Positions 8,485 through 18,820 of a stretch of 64,000 nt of DNA are shown one piece after another. The notes beneath the pieces are model-generated. The model did not search any database and was not told where the DNA came from. It worked only from the letters and a program-made list of their open reading frames with translations. Within the stretch, counting starts at the first letter, position 1, and each line of letters starts with the position of its first letter. This stretch comes from Candidatus Kaiserbacteria bacterium. Its GTDB lineage: Bacteria > Patescibacteriota > Minisyncoccia > Phycocordibacterales > Phycocordibacteraceae. The translations under genes and the position numbers were made by a program. The stretch spans positions 18,817 to 82,816 of the forward strand of contig JACRFL010000002.1 of the NCBI GenBank assembly GCA_016217905.1. The letters are read 5' to 3'.

Positions 8485-9759
8485 TTAGTACTCGCGGAGC
8501 GACACCTGGGCGTCGATCTTGTGGGCGAGGTCGAGAGTGACCTGCACCGCGATGAGAAGCGCCGTGCCGCCGAGAACGAGCGTCGTGACGCCCGTGAGCC
8601 CCTGGATGATGCTCGGCGCGACCGCAAGAAGGCCGAGGAAGACGGCTCCGGGAAGCGTGACGCGATTGACGACCTTGCCGATGTACTCCTCCGTCTCCCG
8701 GCCGGGGCGCACACCCGGAACGAATGCTCCCGATTTTTGGAGATTCTCCGCGACGCGGTGCGGCTCGAACGTGACTGCGGTATAGAAATAGGTGAAGAGC
8801 ACAACGAGCAGGAAGTACGTCGCACCGTAATTCCACGGATTAGAGAGAAATCCTGTGTACCAGAGCGCCGCTCCCGCGGCAAAAGAAACGTGAAGCGCGC
8901 CGAGCATAGAGAGCGCCATCTGCGGCAGGAGAAGGAGGGAGAGCGCGAATATGATGGGGATCACTCCGGCCTGAAGGAGACGGATCGGGAGATACGTCGC
9001 CGCGCCCTGCGAGAGCGCCGCGCCGCGTACCGCGCGCGCGTAGGCGATCGGTATCGAGCGTTCGGCGTCGGAGACGACAACAACCGCGTAGATCATCGCG
9101 AGCGCAAGAAGCGTGAACGCGAGATAGGCGGGGACGCTCGCCGCGGTGGCGGAAAAGAGAGTCTGCGAAATGCTTGAGGGCACTCGAGCGAGGATGCCCG
9201 CGAGAATGATGAGCGACACTCCGTTGCCAATGCCGAACTCGGTCACGAGCTCGCCGAGCCACATGAGAAGCAGGGAGCCGGCAGCGACGAGCGCGATATT
9301 CGCCACAAGCGCCACCGCCCCCAGAGGCGCTATGACGCCCTGTCCCTCGAGCAGGAACAAGAAGCCGATACCCTGCAAAATAGCGATAGGGATTGTGAGT
9401 AGGCGGCTCCACCCGATAAATTTCGCGCGACCTGCCTCGCCTTCCTCAAAGTATGCCTGCTTCACCTGCGGAAAAATAATCGTGCCGAGCTGCATGATGA
9501 TCGATGCGGTGATATAGGGACCGACGCCTAGCATCACGACCGAGAGCTGGGAGAGCCCGCCGCCCGAGAAAATGTTCAGGAGACCGAAAAATTGGTTGTT
9601 CGCAAAGAATGATGCGAGCGCATTTTTATCGACACCCGGGATCGGCACCGACGCGAGAAGGCGGAAGAGCGCAAGCGCCCCGACGAGGAACAGGATCCGG
9701 AAACGAATCTCGGGATCTCCGAAAGAGAGCTTGAGCTTGCGGAAAAAGGAATTAAGCAT
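8485..9759 (-). CDS. secY: Preprotein translocase SecY
   Basis: LGVGPYITASIIMQL, GIGNGVSLII, PGVRPG, GGTALLI. Confidence 0.97.
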   Translation of the reverse strand: MLNSFFRKLKLSFGDPEIRFRILFLVGALALFRLLASVPIPGVDKNALASFFANNQFFGLLNIFSGGGLSQLSVVMLGVGPYITASIIMQLGTIIFPQVKQAYFEEGEAGRAKFIGWSRLLTIPIAILQGIGFLFLLEGQGVIAPLGAVALVANIALVAAGSLLLMWLGELVTEFGIGNGVSLIILAGILARVPSSISQTLFSATAASVPAYLAFTLLALAMIYAVVVVSDAERSIPIAYARAVRGAALSQGAATYLPIRLLQAGVIPIIFALSLLLLPQMALSMLGALHVSFAAGAALWYTGFLSNPWNYGATYFLLVVLFTYFYTAVTFEPHRVAENLQKSGAFVPGVRPGRETEEYIGKVVNRVTLPGAVFLGLLAVAPSIIQGLTGVTTLVLGGTALLIAVQVTLDLAHKIDAQVSLREY

Positions 9760-10204
9760 GGCGGGTGCCGCCGGCGGCCTCGACGGCGGTGAGCGCCGCG
9801 GCGGAAAGTGCGCATTGCTTCACGACAAGCGCTTTCGTGAGAGAACCCGTGCCGAGAATCTTCACTGAAGGCGCGCGGCCCTTCGCCCGGCGCACGAGCC
9901 CTTTGGCAAGCAGAGTCGCCGGCGACACCGTCTCTCCGGCCTTGTACGCCGCTTCAAGCGCGGCGAGATGCACCGTGGACACCGGGATGCGGTTCGTGCG
10001 GACAGTGCGCGCGCGATTCTTGCCGTGGCCGCGGCGCTTCGGGAGTTTCTTGATGAGGTCGCGGACTTCCGGGCGGATCTTGTGCCCGGCGCGGGCGGTC
10101 TGTCCCTTGCCGCCGCGGCCGGAGGTCTTTCCGCGCTTGCCACCGCGGCCGACGGGCGGGTTCTTCTTATTTTTGGTGCGAGGCGCGAGTGTGTGCAGTT
10201 GCAT
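9752..10204 (-). CDS. rplO: 50S ribosomal protein L15
   Basis: GRGGKRGKTSGRGGKGQTARAG, VKILGTG. Confidence 0.95.
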   Translation of the reverse strand: MQLHTLAPRTKNKKNPPVGRGGKRGKTSGRGGKGQTARAGHKIRPEVRDLIKKLPKRRGHGKNRARTVRTNRIPVSTVHLAALEAAYKAGETVSPATLLAKGLVRRAKGRAPSVKILGTGSLTKALVVKQCALSAAALTAVEAAGGTRHA

Positions 10205-10214
10205 ATGAAGGGTT

Positions 10215-10841
10215 TTACGCCCCGCGCAATTTCTTCAGTGCGCCGACTGTCGCGCGGGCGATAGTGAGTTTGTTCTTGGAACGGCTGTGGATTTTGGTCA
10301 CCACGTCGGTTACGCCCGCGAGATCGAGCACGGTGCGCACCGCCGAGCCGGCGACAAGGCCACGGCCCTTTGAGGGGATGAACTCGACGACCGAGGATGC
10401 GTATTTCATCGACACCTGGTGCGGAATCGATCCCGATTTCGTACGAGGGACGGCGAAGAGATGTTTCTTCGCGTCGCGCGTCGCCTTGTCGATCGCGAGG
10501 GCGGTGTCGGTTCCCTTGCCGAGGCCGACACCGACGCGACCCTTCTTATCGCCGATCACGACGACGAGGCTGAAGTTGAAGCGGCGACCGCCCGCCATCA
10601 CGCGCGCCACGCGCCGCACGTCGATGGTTACCTGTTCGAACTCGCCCCGTTCCCGCGGCGCACGGCCGCGGCCGGAGCGCGGACCGCGGCTGCGCAGGGA
10701 CCCGCGGCTGCGCTTCCGCGGCGCAGCCGCCGGGGACGCAACCTCCGCGACCGTCGCTTCCGCAGCGGCGTTTCCCTCGACCGCGACTTCCGGAGCGCGT
10801 TCCGTCTCCTGCACCGTTTCCTGTTCCATCGGTGTCGTCAT
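10215..10841 (-). CDS. rpsE: 30S ribosomal protein S5 with N-terminal extension
   Basis: RRVARVMAGGRRFNFS, GRVGVGLGK. Confidence 0.95.
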   Translation of the reverse strand: MTTPMEQETVQETERAPEVAVEGNAAAEATVAEVASPAAAPRKRSRGSLRSRGPRSGRGRAPRERGEFEQVTIDVRRVARVMAGGRRFNFSLVVVIGDKKGRVGVGLGKGTDTALAIDKATRDAKKHLFAVPRTKSGSIPHQVSMKYASSVVEFIPSKGRGLVAGSAVRTVLDLAGVTDVVTKIHSRSKNKLTIARATVGALKKLRGA

Positions 10842-10844
10842 ATA

Positions 10845-11195
10845 TTAAAATGAGAGTCCTCCTGTGCGCGCGGCGTCCGCGAGCACCTTGACCTGCCCGC
10901 CGTAGCGATAGCCGCCGCGATCGAAGACAACGGCGATGATTCCCGCGGCTTTCGCCTTCTTCGCGATCGCTTCTCCGACGGACGCCGCTTGCACCGACTG
11001 CGATCCTTTGAACTCGCGGCCGTGTGCCGCGGCAATCGTCTTTCCCGCCGTGTCGTCGATGAGCTGCGCGGAGACGAATCGATTGCTCCGGTGGACGGCA
11101 AGGCGCGGCCGCTTTGCGGTACCCGAGACGCGTGCGCGCACGCGCGCGTGGCGGCGTTTGCGAAGCTCACTTTTCGTCGTGGGTTTGTGATTCAT
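10845..11195 (-). CDS. rplR: 50S ribosomal protein L18
   Basis: RPRLAVHRSN, VVFDRGGYRYGG. Confidence 0.96.
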   Translation of the reverse strand: MNHKPTTKSELRKRRHARVRARVSGTAKRPRLAVHRSNRFVSAQLIDDTAGKTIAAAHGREFKGSQSVQAASVGEAIAKKAKAAGIIAVVFDRGGYRYGGQVKVLADAARTGGLSF

Positions 11196-11197
11196 AC

Positions 11198-11728
11198 TTA
11201 CACGGCCTTCTTGCCCTGCTTGCGGCGGATGATCTCGCCCTCGTAGCGGACGCCTTTGCCAAGGTACGGCTCCGGTGGCTTGACGCGGCGGACGTTCGCC
11301 GCGAACTGCCCGACCGACTCCTTGTTCGCGCTTTCGAGCGTCATCACGTTCTTCTCCACCTTCGCCGTCATGTCTTCTGGAATGGAGAGCGACACCGGGT
11401 GGGAGAATCCGACGGCGAGCACCACATCCTTCCCTTTCACCTCCATCTTGTAGCCGACGCCGTCGAGCACGAGCTTTTTCACGTATGGAGTTTCGACCCC
11501 TTTCACCATATTTTTCACATGCGACGCGAACGTGCCGGTGAGCGCCTTGGCGAGGCGCGAGCGGTCCTTCGGCGTGACGGAAACGGCACCGCCCTCGATC
11601 GCGATCTCGACCGCAGGATGCACGCGCTTCGTGATTGTGCCCTTCGGGCCCTTCACGGTGAGCACGCCGCTGGACACCGAAACATCGGTCTTCCCTAATG
11701 AGATCGGCTTTTTCGCGAGGCGTGACAT
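11198..11728 (-). CDS. rplF: 50S ribosomal protein L6
   Basis: MSRLAKKPI, PEPYLGKGVRY. Confidence 0.96.
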   Translation of the reverse strand: MSRLAKKPISLGKTDVSVSSGVLTVKGPKGTITKRVHPAVEIAIEGGAVSVTPKDRSRLAKALTGTFASHVKNMVKGVETPYVKKLVLDGVGYKMEVKGKDVVLAVGFSHPVSLSIPEDMTAKVEKNVMTLESANKESVGQFAANVRRVKPPEPYLGKGVRYEGEIIRRKQGKKAV

Positions 11729-11756
11729 AAGTTTATTTATAATGAGCGTGGTCGAA

Positions 11757-12161
11757 CTACCAAATCTCAAAAAGCTCTTCGCCGCCGACGCGGTTCTTCC
11801 TCGCCTCGGCGTCCGAGACGATCCCCGAAGATGTCGAGAGGATGCGCGCTCCCGCGCCCCCCTTCACCTTGTGGGCGCTCGCGTGCGAAGCGTACAGTCG
11901 GCGGCCGGGCTTGCTCACGCGCTTCACGCCGCGCAGCCGCGCCGCGCCGCGCTCGTCGTACTCGAGCGTCGCGACGATCTCCTTTTTCACGCCGTCTTCT
12001 CCCCGCTCCTTCACGTCGACGGTATGAATGAAATCGAGTTCTTTGAGTTTCTTCGCGATGGCAAGAATATGGGCGGAATACGGCACGGACACCTGCGCCT
12101 TGCCGATCCTGGCGGCGTTCTGGAGACGAATGATGAAATCGCCGACGCGGTCGCTTACCAT
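11757..12161 (-). CDS. rpsH: 30S ribosomal protein S8
   Basis: [21 protein letters not shown]. Confidence 0.96.
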   Translation of the reverse strand: MVSDRVGDFIIRLQNAARIGKAQVSVPYSAHILAIAKKLKELDFIHTVDVKERGEDGVKKEIVATLEYDERGAARLRGVKRVSKPGRRLYASHASAHKVKGGAGARILSTSSGIVSDAEARKNRVGGEELFEIW

Positions 12162-12424
12162 GATGCCTTTTTAACGCCCGGTATCTTCCCCTCACGCGCG
12201 AGCTCGCGAAACTGGATACGCGAGAGGCCGAACGTGCGCATGTAGCCGCGGGAGCGGCCCGAGATCGCGCAACGATTCTTGAGCCGTACCGGCGAAGAAT
12301 TTCTCGGGAGCTTCTGGAGACCCTCGGCATCCCCAGCCAATTTCAAAGCAGCACGCTTGACCGCGTACTTCTTCACGAGTTTCGCCTTCTTGGCGTATCT
12401 CGCGAGCTGGGATTTCTTTGCCAT
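12155..12424 (-). CDS. rpsN: 30S ribosomal protein S14 (89-aa form lacking the four-Cys Zn motif)
   Basis: [32 protein letters not shown]. Confidence 0.96.
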   Translation of the reverse strand: MAKKSQLARYAKKAKLVKKYAVKRAALKLAGDAEGLQKLPRNSSPVRLKNRCAISGRSRGYMRTFGLSRIQFRELAREGKIPGVKKASW

Positions 12425-12463
12425 GAGAAAAAATAAAGCTCCGAGGAGCGTAGCTACAGAATA

Positions 12464-13021
12464 TCAGCGTTTTACGCTTGCGTCAACGATGAGTGGGAAG
12501 CCGAGATGGCGCAGGAATGCTTCGGCTTCGGCTTTCGTTTTTGCCGTCGTGACGATGGTAACGGCAAAGCCGAAGACGTCCTTGAGGTCCTCGTCGCTCG
12601 TCTCCGGAAAGATGGTGTTCTCCCGAATACCGATGGTGAAGTTCCCCATATCATCGATCGCCGACGCTTTCAGCCCGCGGAAGTCGCGGGTGCGCGGAAG
12701 CGCGATGTGGATGAGCTTGTCGAGAAAGTCGTACATCCGCGCGCCGCGAAGCGTCACTTGGAGGCCGACGGTGTCTCCTTCGCGCACCTTGAATGAGGCG
12801 ATCGAGGTGCGCGCGGGGCGGGGTGAGGGCTTCTGCCCCGTGATCTTCGCGAGACGATCGGAGATGAGTTCAATCTGTTTCTTGTCGCGCTTCTTCCCGA
12901 CGCCGGAAGAGACGATGACCTTGCTCACGCGAGGGCCCTGCATCGGGCTCGTATAGCGAAACACTTCCGCGAGCGCGAGATAGGTGGAGTGCTGGCGCTG
13001 CTTGGTGATAGACATGCTCAT
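12464..13021 (-). CDS. rplE: 50S ribosomal protein L5
   Basis: [27 protein letters not shown]. Confidence 0.96.
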   Translation of the reverse strand: MSMSITKQRQHSTYLALAEVFRYTSPMQGPRVSKVIVSSGVGKKRDKKQIELISDRLAKITGQKPSPRPARTSIASFKVREGDTVGLQVTLRGARMYDFLDKLIHIALPRTRDFRGLKASAIDDMGNFTIGIRENTIFPETSDEDLKDVFGFAVTIVTTAKTKAEAEAFLRHLGFPLIVDASVKR

Positions 13022-13236
13022 GTTTCGATGCGCGCGACGTTCGAGGCATCGATCGGCCGAGGACGTTCGACGATGCGACCGACCGTTCCGGAACGACCCT
13101 TCAAATGGCGCTTCGCCAGGGCGACCCCCTCGACGAGGACGGCATTGTTTTTCGGCAGGGCGCGCAGAACCATGCCGGACTTCCCTTTGTCCTTGCCAGA
13201 AATGACTTTCACTTTGTCTCCTTTTTTGACGTGCAT
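13018..13236 (-). CDS. rplX: 50S ribosomal protein L24 (short, 72 aa)
   Basis: [19 protein letters not shown] motif, IDASNV. Confidence 0.92.
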   Translation of the reverse strand: MHVKKGDKVKVISGKDKGKSGMVLRALPKNNAVLVEGVALAKRHLKGRSGTVGRIVERPRPIDASNVARIET

Positions 13237-13244
13237 ACGAAAAA

Positions 13245-13622
13245 TTAAACGACCTCCGGCGCTAAGGACACGATGGAGTGCCATCCGAGTTCGGAGAGCT
13301 CGCGCGGCACCGGACCGAAGATGCGGTTCCCCTTCGGAGCCATCTCCTTACCCTGCTTTTCGATGAGGACGACGGCGTTTTCATCGAAGCGGACATACGA
13401 GCCGTCCTTGCGGCCAAAGGGCTTCGTCTGCCTCACAATGACTGCTCGGTAGATGTCTTTCTTTTTCACCGCTTTGCGCGGCTGTGCGGTCTGGATGGAG
13501 ACGACGACCGTGTCGCCGATGCCCGCGTAGCGGCGCTTACTTCCGCCAAGCACTTTGAAGATCCGGGCTATCTGTCCGCCGGAATTGTCCGCAACCGTAA
13601 CGATGGATCGGTCTTGCAACAT
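13245..13622 (-). CDS. rplN: 50S ribosomal protein L14
   Basis: [25 protein letters not shown]. Confidence 0.97.
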   Translation of the reverse strand: MLQDRSIVTVADNSGGQIARIFKVLGGSKRRYAGIGDTVVVSIQTAQPRKAVKKKDIYRAVIVRQTKPFGRKDGSYVRFDENAVVLIEKQGKEMAPKGNRIFGPVPRELSELGWHSIVSLAPEVV

Positions 13623-13624
13623 AA

Positions 13625-13900
13625 TTACATTTTCTCGCCCTCTACCGACACGGTCTTGGTCGGGTCAATGGCGAAGCACTTTAACTTCGAGATCGGGCGC
13701 GTTGCGACAATCGTCACGGTGTCGCCGACCTTTGCCGTATTGCCCAGATCGTGCGCGAGATACTTCTTCGAGCGCACGAAGTACTTCTTGTACTTCGCGT
13801 TCTTCACGTAGCGATCGACGCGCACCGTGGCGGTATCCTTCATCGCCGCTTTCACGACGACGCCGACGAATGATTGGGGGCGGACAGTTTTGTTTTTCAT
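13625..13900 (-). CDS. rpsQ: 30S ribosomal protein S17
   Basis: GVVVKAAMKDT, SKKYLAHD, TRPISK. Confidence 0.93.
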   Translation of the reverse strand: MKNKTVRPQSFVGVVVKAAMKDTATVRVDRYVKNAKYKKYFVRSKKYLAHDLGNTAKVGDTVTIVATRPISKLKCFAIDPTKTVSVEGEKM

Positions 13901-13904
13901 GGTG

Positions 13905-14105
13905 TTAGGCCGCCGTGAGCGATCGCGCGTGTTGCTCGGTGAGCACCCGCGCGATCGCTGCGCGGAGCTTCTTCGGAGCATTGCTATCCTTGGCGCGCGC
14001 GCCGACGGCAGAGAAGCGCTCCGTGCGCAGCTGCGCACGCGCGTCGGCGAGAAGCTTCGTAAGCTCCTGATCGGATTTCGTCGTCATGTTTTCTTTTTTT
14101 GCCAT
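13905..14105 (-). CDS. rpmC: 50S ribosomal protein L29
   Basis: LRAAIARVLT; position between rplP and rpsQ. Confidence 0.9.
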   Translation of the reverse strand: MAKKENMTTKSDQELTKLLADARAQLRTERFSAVGARAKDSNAPKKLRAAIARVLTEQHARSLTAA

Positions 14106-14127
14106 ACAAATCGGAAAAAAGCAATAT

Positions 14128-14550
14128 CTAGTGGCGGGTGACGATGGTCGTCTTCACCGGCAGTTTCATTCCCGCCTGTCGCAAGTGCGCACGGGCGACT
14201 GTCTCGGGAACGCCGTCCATCTCAAAGAGCACGCGACCGGGACGCACTTCGAAGACGTAGTGCTTCGGATCGCCCTTGCCGCTGCCCATGCCGACTTCCG
14301 CTGGCTTCGCGGTCACCGGGCGATCCGGAAAAATGCGGATCCAGAGTTTGCCCGTCTTGGCAGTGGCGCGCGTGAGTACCTTGCGGGCCGACTCGATCTG
14401 GTTGCTCGTCACGCGCGCGCTCGAGAGCGCCTTGAGCGCGAAGGAGCCGAAGACGAGCGTGACGCCGCGCGTGTCGGGGCGGTTGAGGCTCCGCTCGTTC
14501 TTGCGCTGCGTCTGCCACTTGCGGTGCTTCACTTTTTTAGGGAACAACAT
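14128..14550 (-). CDS. rplP: 50S ribosomal protein L16
   Basis: WIRIFPDRPVTAKPAEVGMGSGKG. Confidence 0.97.
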   Translation of the reverse strand: MLFPKKVKHRKWQTQRKNERSLNRPDTRGVTLVFGSFALKALSSARVTSNQIESARKVLTRATAKTGKLWIRIFPDRPVTAKPAEVGMGSGKGDPKHYVFEVRPGRVLFEMDGVPETVARAHLRQAGMKLPVKTTIVTRH

Positions 14551-14562
14551 ACAAAAATATTA

Positions 14563-15276
14563 TTAGCCACGGGTGCCGGTGCCCTCCGGCAAGCCCACCG
14601 CCGTTTTCTTGTCCTGATACACATTCCCGCGGTAAATCCACACCTTGATTCCGATGACGCCGTAGGGCAGGTACGCCTGATCGTGCGCAAAGTCAATGTC
14701 GGCGCGGAACGTCTGAAGAGGGATGCGGCCTTTCTTGATCTCCTCTTTGCGGCTCATCTCCGCGCCCCCGAGGCGGCCGGAAATCGCAATACGCACGCCT
14801 TCGACCTCACGCGCGGCGATGACTTTCTCAACCGTCTGCTTGAGTACGCGGCGAAACGGCATGCGCTTCTCGAGCCCCTCCGCGACCATATAGGCGACGA
14901 CTGCAGCGTCCGTTTCCGGCTGGCGCACCTCGTTGATGTCGAGCTTGACCTGCTTGCCCGAGGGAAGGGCGGAAGCGGAGGCCTTCCGGACGATTCCGGT
15001 CAGATCGGCACGCAGCTTTACCGCGTTCTCGCCGGAACGGCCGATGACAAGGCCCGGGCGCGCGGTCGAAAGGATGACGCGCAACTCGCTCTCGGAACGC
15101 TCGATCTCGATGCCGCTCGTGTACGTGCCGCGCAAGCGCTTCGTGAGAAACCGGCGAATCAACTCGTCAATTTTGACGTTCTCGCGGTAGCTCTTCTTAT
15201 CCGCAGAGAACCAGCGGCTCTTCCAGTCACGGATGATGCCGAGACGGTGCGCGTAAGGGTGTACGGTGTGCGTCAT
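14563..15276 (-). CDS. rpsC: 30S ribosomal protein S3
   Basis: RPGLVIGRSG, GRLGGAEMSR, GVIGIKVWI. Confidence 0.97.
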   Translation of the reverse strand: MTHTVHPYAHRLGIIRDWKSRWFSADKKSYRENVKIDELIRRFLTKRLRGTYTSGIEIERSESELRVILSTARPGLVIGRSGENAVKLRADLTGIVRKASASALPSGKQVKLDINEVRQPETDAAVVAYMVAEGLEKRMPFRRVLKQTVEKVIAAREVEGVRIAISGRLGGAEMSRKEEIKKGRIPLQTFRADIDFAHDQAYLPYGVIGIKVWIYRGNVYQDKKTAVGLPEGTGTRG

Positions 15277-15281
15277 AGAAA

Positions 15282-15602
15282 TTATGCGAGAGTGACCTTC
15301 ACCCGGCTCTTCCGGCGGCGGATGGCGGAGGCGCGTCCGAACGCGCGCGGCATATAGCGCTTCAGCATGCCGGCGCTCTCGACGACAATCGACTGCACCT
15401 TCAGGGCGTCGACCGGTTTGCCCTGCCCTTTTGCATTAGCGGCTGCGCTTTTGATGAGCTTTTTGAGGGGTTCGGCGGCGCGGCGCGGCAGGAATTCGAG
15501 CGCCACAAGCGCATCAGAGACTTTCTTCCCTTTCATGAGGTCGGCCACGAGACGGACCTTGCGCGGCGTCTGATTGTAGCTCTCGAGGATTGCGTATGCC
15601 AT
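15282..15602 (-). CDS. rplV: 50S ribosomal protein L22
   Basis: TPRKVRLVADL, PRAFGRA. Confidence 0.96.
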   Translation of the reverse strand: MAYAILESYNQTPRKVRLVADLMKGKKVSDALVALEFLPRRAAEPLKKLIKSAAANAKGQGKPVDALKVQSIVVESAGMLKRYMPRAFGRASAIRRRKSRVKVTLA

Positions 15603-15605
15603 ATA

Positions 15606-15950
15606 TTATTTCTTTGCTGCGGCCGGAGCTTCTTTCGCCGCCTTCGCGGAGGCGATTTCCGCCTCTTGTTTCTTCGCTTCCATCTCCTTCTGCATCTTTC
15701 CGCCGTGACGGAGGAACTTCTTGGTGGGCGAGAACTCGCCGAGGCGATGCCCCACCATTTCCTCGGATACGAGGACTTCAACATGCGACTTGCCGTTGTG
15801 GACGCCGAAGGTAAAACCGACCATCTCCGGGCTCACCTGGCTCCGGCGTGCCCATGTATTTATCACCCCGGCAGAAGCCGGTTTTTTATTCATGACCTTC
15901 TTCAGGAGTTTTGCGTCCACGAAGGGTCCTTTCGCAAGTGAGCGTGACAT
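15606..15950 (-). CDS. rpsS: 30S ribosomal protein S19
   Basis: [22 protein letters not shown]. Confidence 0.97.
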   Translation of the reverse strand: MSRSLAKGPFVDAKLLKKVMNKKPASAGVINTWARRSQVSPEMVGFTFGVHNGKSHVEVLVSEEMVGHRLGEFSPTKKFLRHGGKMQKEMEAKKQEAEIASAKAAKEAPAAAKK

Positions 15951-16018
15951 AAAAGTAATGAAAAGCCCGCTCAGCGGGATAGTAGAAAGATACAGGAATA
16001 ATAGTCCATGGTCAAACG

Positions 16019-16867
16019 TTACCCCTTCCTCTTTTTCCCTACCTTACGGCGGCTCACAATAAACACATTCGAATACTTTTTCGGCGTGCGGGTCTTCTGG
16101 CCTTTGCCCGAGGGCTTGCCCCACTTGGTCTTCGCCCTGCGGAGCCCGCGACCCTGCTTGCCCTCTCCGCCGCCGTGCGGATGGTCGACCGGATTCATAG
16201 CGGTGCCGCGAACGGTCGGTCGGATGCCCATCCAGCGGCTGCGACCAGCCTTGCCGATGATGACGAGATTGTATTCTTCGTTGCCGACCGCACCGACAGA
16301 GGCCCACGCGAGATCGGAGATTTTGCGTATCTCGGTCGAAGGGAGCTTGATCTGCGCGTAGCCGGCGTCGTGCGCGACCACTTCAGCGAAGGTGCCGGCG
16401 GAACGCACAAGCGACGCGCCTGAAAGCGGAGCGATCTCGATGTTGTACACGAACGTGCCGACCGGTATCTTCCCGAGCGGGAGACGATTTCCGGGGGTCA
16501 GGGGCGCATTCTCGGAAACGATAAACGTACTGCCAACTCCCACCTCCTTCGGCACGATAACGTAGCGACGCGCACCGTCGCGGTAGAGTGCACGAGCGAT
16601 GAACGCGCTGCGGAACGGATCATATTCGACGGTCTCAATCTTCGCCGGGATATTTTTCTTGTCGTACGTGAAATCAATCTCGCGCAAACGGCGCTTGTGC
16701 CCACCGCCCTGATGCCGCGTGGTGATGCGCCCGAAGGCGTTCCGGCCGCCCCGGCGTTTCTTCTTTGCGAGAAGCGGCTTGTGCGGAGAGTCGCCCGAAA
16801 GGAGCTCCTTGTACGGAAGCGTGGTCATGTGGCGGCGGCTCTTGGTGGTCGGTTTGTAGGATTTCAT
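16019..16867 (-). CDS. rplB: 50S ribosomal protein L2
   Basis: [21 protein letters not shown]. Confidence 0.98.
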   Translation of the reverse strand: MKSYKPTTKSRRHMTTLPYKELLSGDSPHKPLLAKKKRRGGRNAFGRITTRHQGGGHKRRLREIDFTYDKKNIPAKIETVEYDPFRSAFIARALYRDGARRYVIVPKEVGVGSTFIVSENAPLTPGNRLPLGKIPVGTFVYNIEIAPLSGASLVRSAGTFAEVVAHDAGYAQIKLPSTEIRKISDLAWASVGAVGNEEYNLVIIGKAGRSRWMGIRPTVRGTAMNPVDHPHGGGEGKQGRGLRRAKTKWGKPSGKGQKTRTPKKYSNVFIVSRRKVGKKRKG

Positions 16868-16875
16868 ACAGAATA

Positions 16876-17235
16876 TTATGCGAACTGGATCGTGTCGCCC
16901 GCGTTCAGATACACGTACGCTTTGCGGCGCGCCGCGCGCCGGCCTATGCCGCGCTTGGTGCGCATCATCTTGCGCTTCCCGGGAAGATTCACGATGCGGA
17001 TCTTCTTCGGGTCGACGTTGTAGATCTCCTTGATGGCGCCCGCGATGGCGGCCTTCGTCGCGCGCGCGGGGATCGCAAACGCGTACACGCCCTTCTCGGT
17101 AGCGATGAGCGCCTTCTCAGAGAACCACGGAGCGCGGATGATCTCGTGCGCAACTCCCTCTGCGGTTGGCGCAGTGCGCGCGCGGCGGCGCGGCGCGATC
17201 TTCTTCTCTTTCTTCGTAGTGCCAAATAGTGCCAT
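16876..17235 (-). CDS. rplW: 50S ribosomal protein L23
   Basis: PWFSEKA, RKAYVYL. Confidence 0.92.
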   Translation of the reverse strand: MALFGTTKKEKKIAPRRRARTAPTAEGVAHEIIRAPWFSEKALIATEKGVYAFAIPARATKAAIAGAIKEIYNVDPKKIRIVNLPGKRKMMRTKRGIGRRAARRKAYVYLNAGDTIQFA

Positions 17236-17241
17236 AACGAT

Positions 17242-18045
17242 TTATTTAGACTTCGCCTGCCCTGAGTCTGCCAAACGGGCGCGGGAGAGAAGCGTCTTAA
17301 ACGCCTCCTCCGGCTTCTCAATGATGAGGTACTTGTGGGAAAGCACGTCCACCGGATTGATGTTGCGCAGCTCCTCTGTCGCGACGTTGCCGAAATTGCT
17401 GAAGCTCTTGATCACGTTCGCGTCGTATGCGGAGAGCGCGAGAAGCGCGGCATTCTTTTTCTTCGCAGCAAGCCCGACAGCGTTCGCTCCCTCCGCGAGT
17501 GCCGCGAGCACCATCTTCGCGGCACGTGTCTTCGGCGACGTAAACGCGAACGTGTCCACGAGGATTATCTCGCCGTCTTTCGCCTTCCTTGAGAGCGCCG
17601 AGAGAAGGGCGCCAACGCGCATCTTCTTGTTTATCTTCTCGCTGTAGTCGCGGGTCGAGCGCGGACCGAAGGTGATGCCGCCGTGGCGCCAGATCGGCGA
17701 GCGGCTGGAGCCGTGGCGGGCTTGCCCGGTGCCTTTCTGCTTCCACGGCTTCTTGCCGCCGCCTGCAACCTCGGAACGATCCTTGGTGTGGGCGCGGTTC
17801 TGGCGCAGGTTCGCCTGCATTGCGGTCGTGACCTGGTGTACCAGGTCGCCTTTCCAGGACATGCCGAAGATGCTCTCCGGGAGCGCAATAGAGCCGACCT
17901 TCTTGCCGTCCATCGAGAAAATAGAATGTTCAAGCGAAGAGCCAGCGGGAGAAAAACCGGTAGTAGGACTCGGCCTAGCGGCCCGGAGCGCGACCGGTTT
18001 TTTTCCTGCTGGTGATTTCTCGACGATTTTTTTAGCGGTAGCCAT
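17242..18045 (-). CDS. rplD: 50S ribosomal protein L4
   Basis: GGGKKPWKQKGTGQARHGS. Confidence 0.96.
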   Translation of the reverse strand: MATAKKIVEKSPAGKKPVALRAARPSPTTGFSPAGSSLEHSIFSMDGKKVGSIALPESIFGMSWKGDLVHQVTTAMQANLRQNRAHTKDRSEVAGGGKKPWKQKGTGQARHGSSRSPIWRHGGITFGPRSTRDYSEKINKKMRVGALLSALSRKAKDGEIILVDTFAFTSPKTRAAKMVLAALAEGANAVGLAAKKKNAALLALSAYDANVIKSFSNFGNVATEELRNINPVDVLSHKYLIIEKPEEAFKTLLSRARLADSGQAKSK

Positions 18046-18046
18046 A

Positions 18047-18676
18047 TTATGCAGAAATTACTTCAAGCAGAGTGCCGCGGCGGCCCGGCACGGCGCCGCT
18101 GACGATAATCTCGCCCGCTTTCGCGTCGACGGCGAGCACTTTGAGATTCGTCACGGTCACGCGATCGCCGCCCATGCGGCCGGCCATGCGCATGCCCTTG
18201 GCGACTCTGCCGCCCGCGCGGCCGCCTGAGCCGCCGATAGAACCGGGGCTGCGCTCGGTATGCTTCTGGCCGTGCGAACGCGGGCCGCCGTGGAAGCCGT
18301 GGCGCTTCACTACGCCGGCGAAGCCCTTGCCCTTGGTGAGACCCGAGACCTGCACGACATCTCCCACTGCAAAAATATTTGCACTGATTTCATCTCCCAC
18401 TGCCGCCTGCCCCTGCTCACTTTCGCCGGACAATCTAAACTCTTTGATTGCCTGAAATCCCCTGCCTTTGGTGTGTCCCAAGACTGGCTTGGTGATGTTT
18501 TTGATCTTACGCGCGCCTTGGCCGACCTGAATCGCCGCGTACCGATCCTTGCCCTCTTTCGCCTTGACCTGCGTAACGACGACCGGGTCGGCGGCAAGGA
18601 TAGTTCCCGCGCGGGCACGACCATCCTCCCCGAACACTCGGGTCATTCCTTCTTTCTTGGCGAGAATGAATTTCAT
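18047..18676 (-). CDS. rplC: 50S ribosomal protein L3
   Basis: TKGKGFAGVVKRHGF, RMAGRMG, GAVPG. Confidence 0.96.
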   Translation of the reverse strand: MKFILAKKEGMTRVFGEDGRARAGTILAADPVVVTQVKAKEGKDRYAAIQVGQGARKIKNITKPVLGHTKGRGFQAIKEFRLSGESEQGQAAVGDEISANIFAVGDVVQVSGLTKGKGFAGVVKRHGFHGGPRSHGQKHTERSPGSIGGSGGRAGGRVAKGMRMAGRMGGDRVTVTNLKVLAVDAKAGEIIVSGAVPGRRGTLLEVISA

Positions 18677-18768
18677 TAAAGCAAATCGCGCCACAGCAAT
18701 CGCTTGGCGCGATTTGCTGGAGGTCCCTTAGGGGACATAGCGATCTCGCTACTCTACACGACCAGCTT

Positions 18769-18807
18769 AAAACACGCAACCGCCCTTACGAGCGGTTGCG
18801 TGTTTTC
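18769..18807. terminator. Terminator-like hairpin between rpsJ and rplC
   Basis: aaaacacgcaaccgc...gcggttgcgtgtttt. Confidence 0.65.
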
Positions 18808-18820
18808 TTGGTCGTCTGCT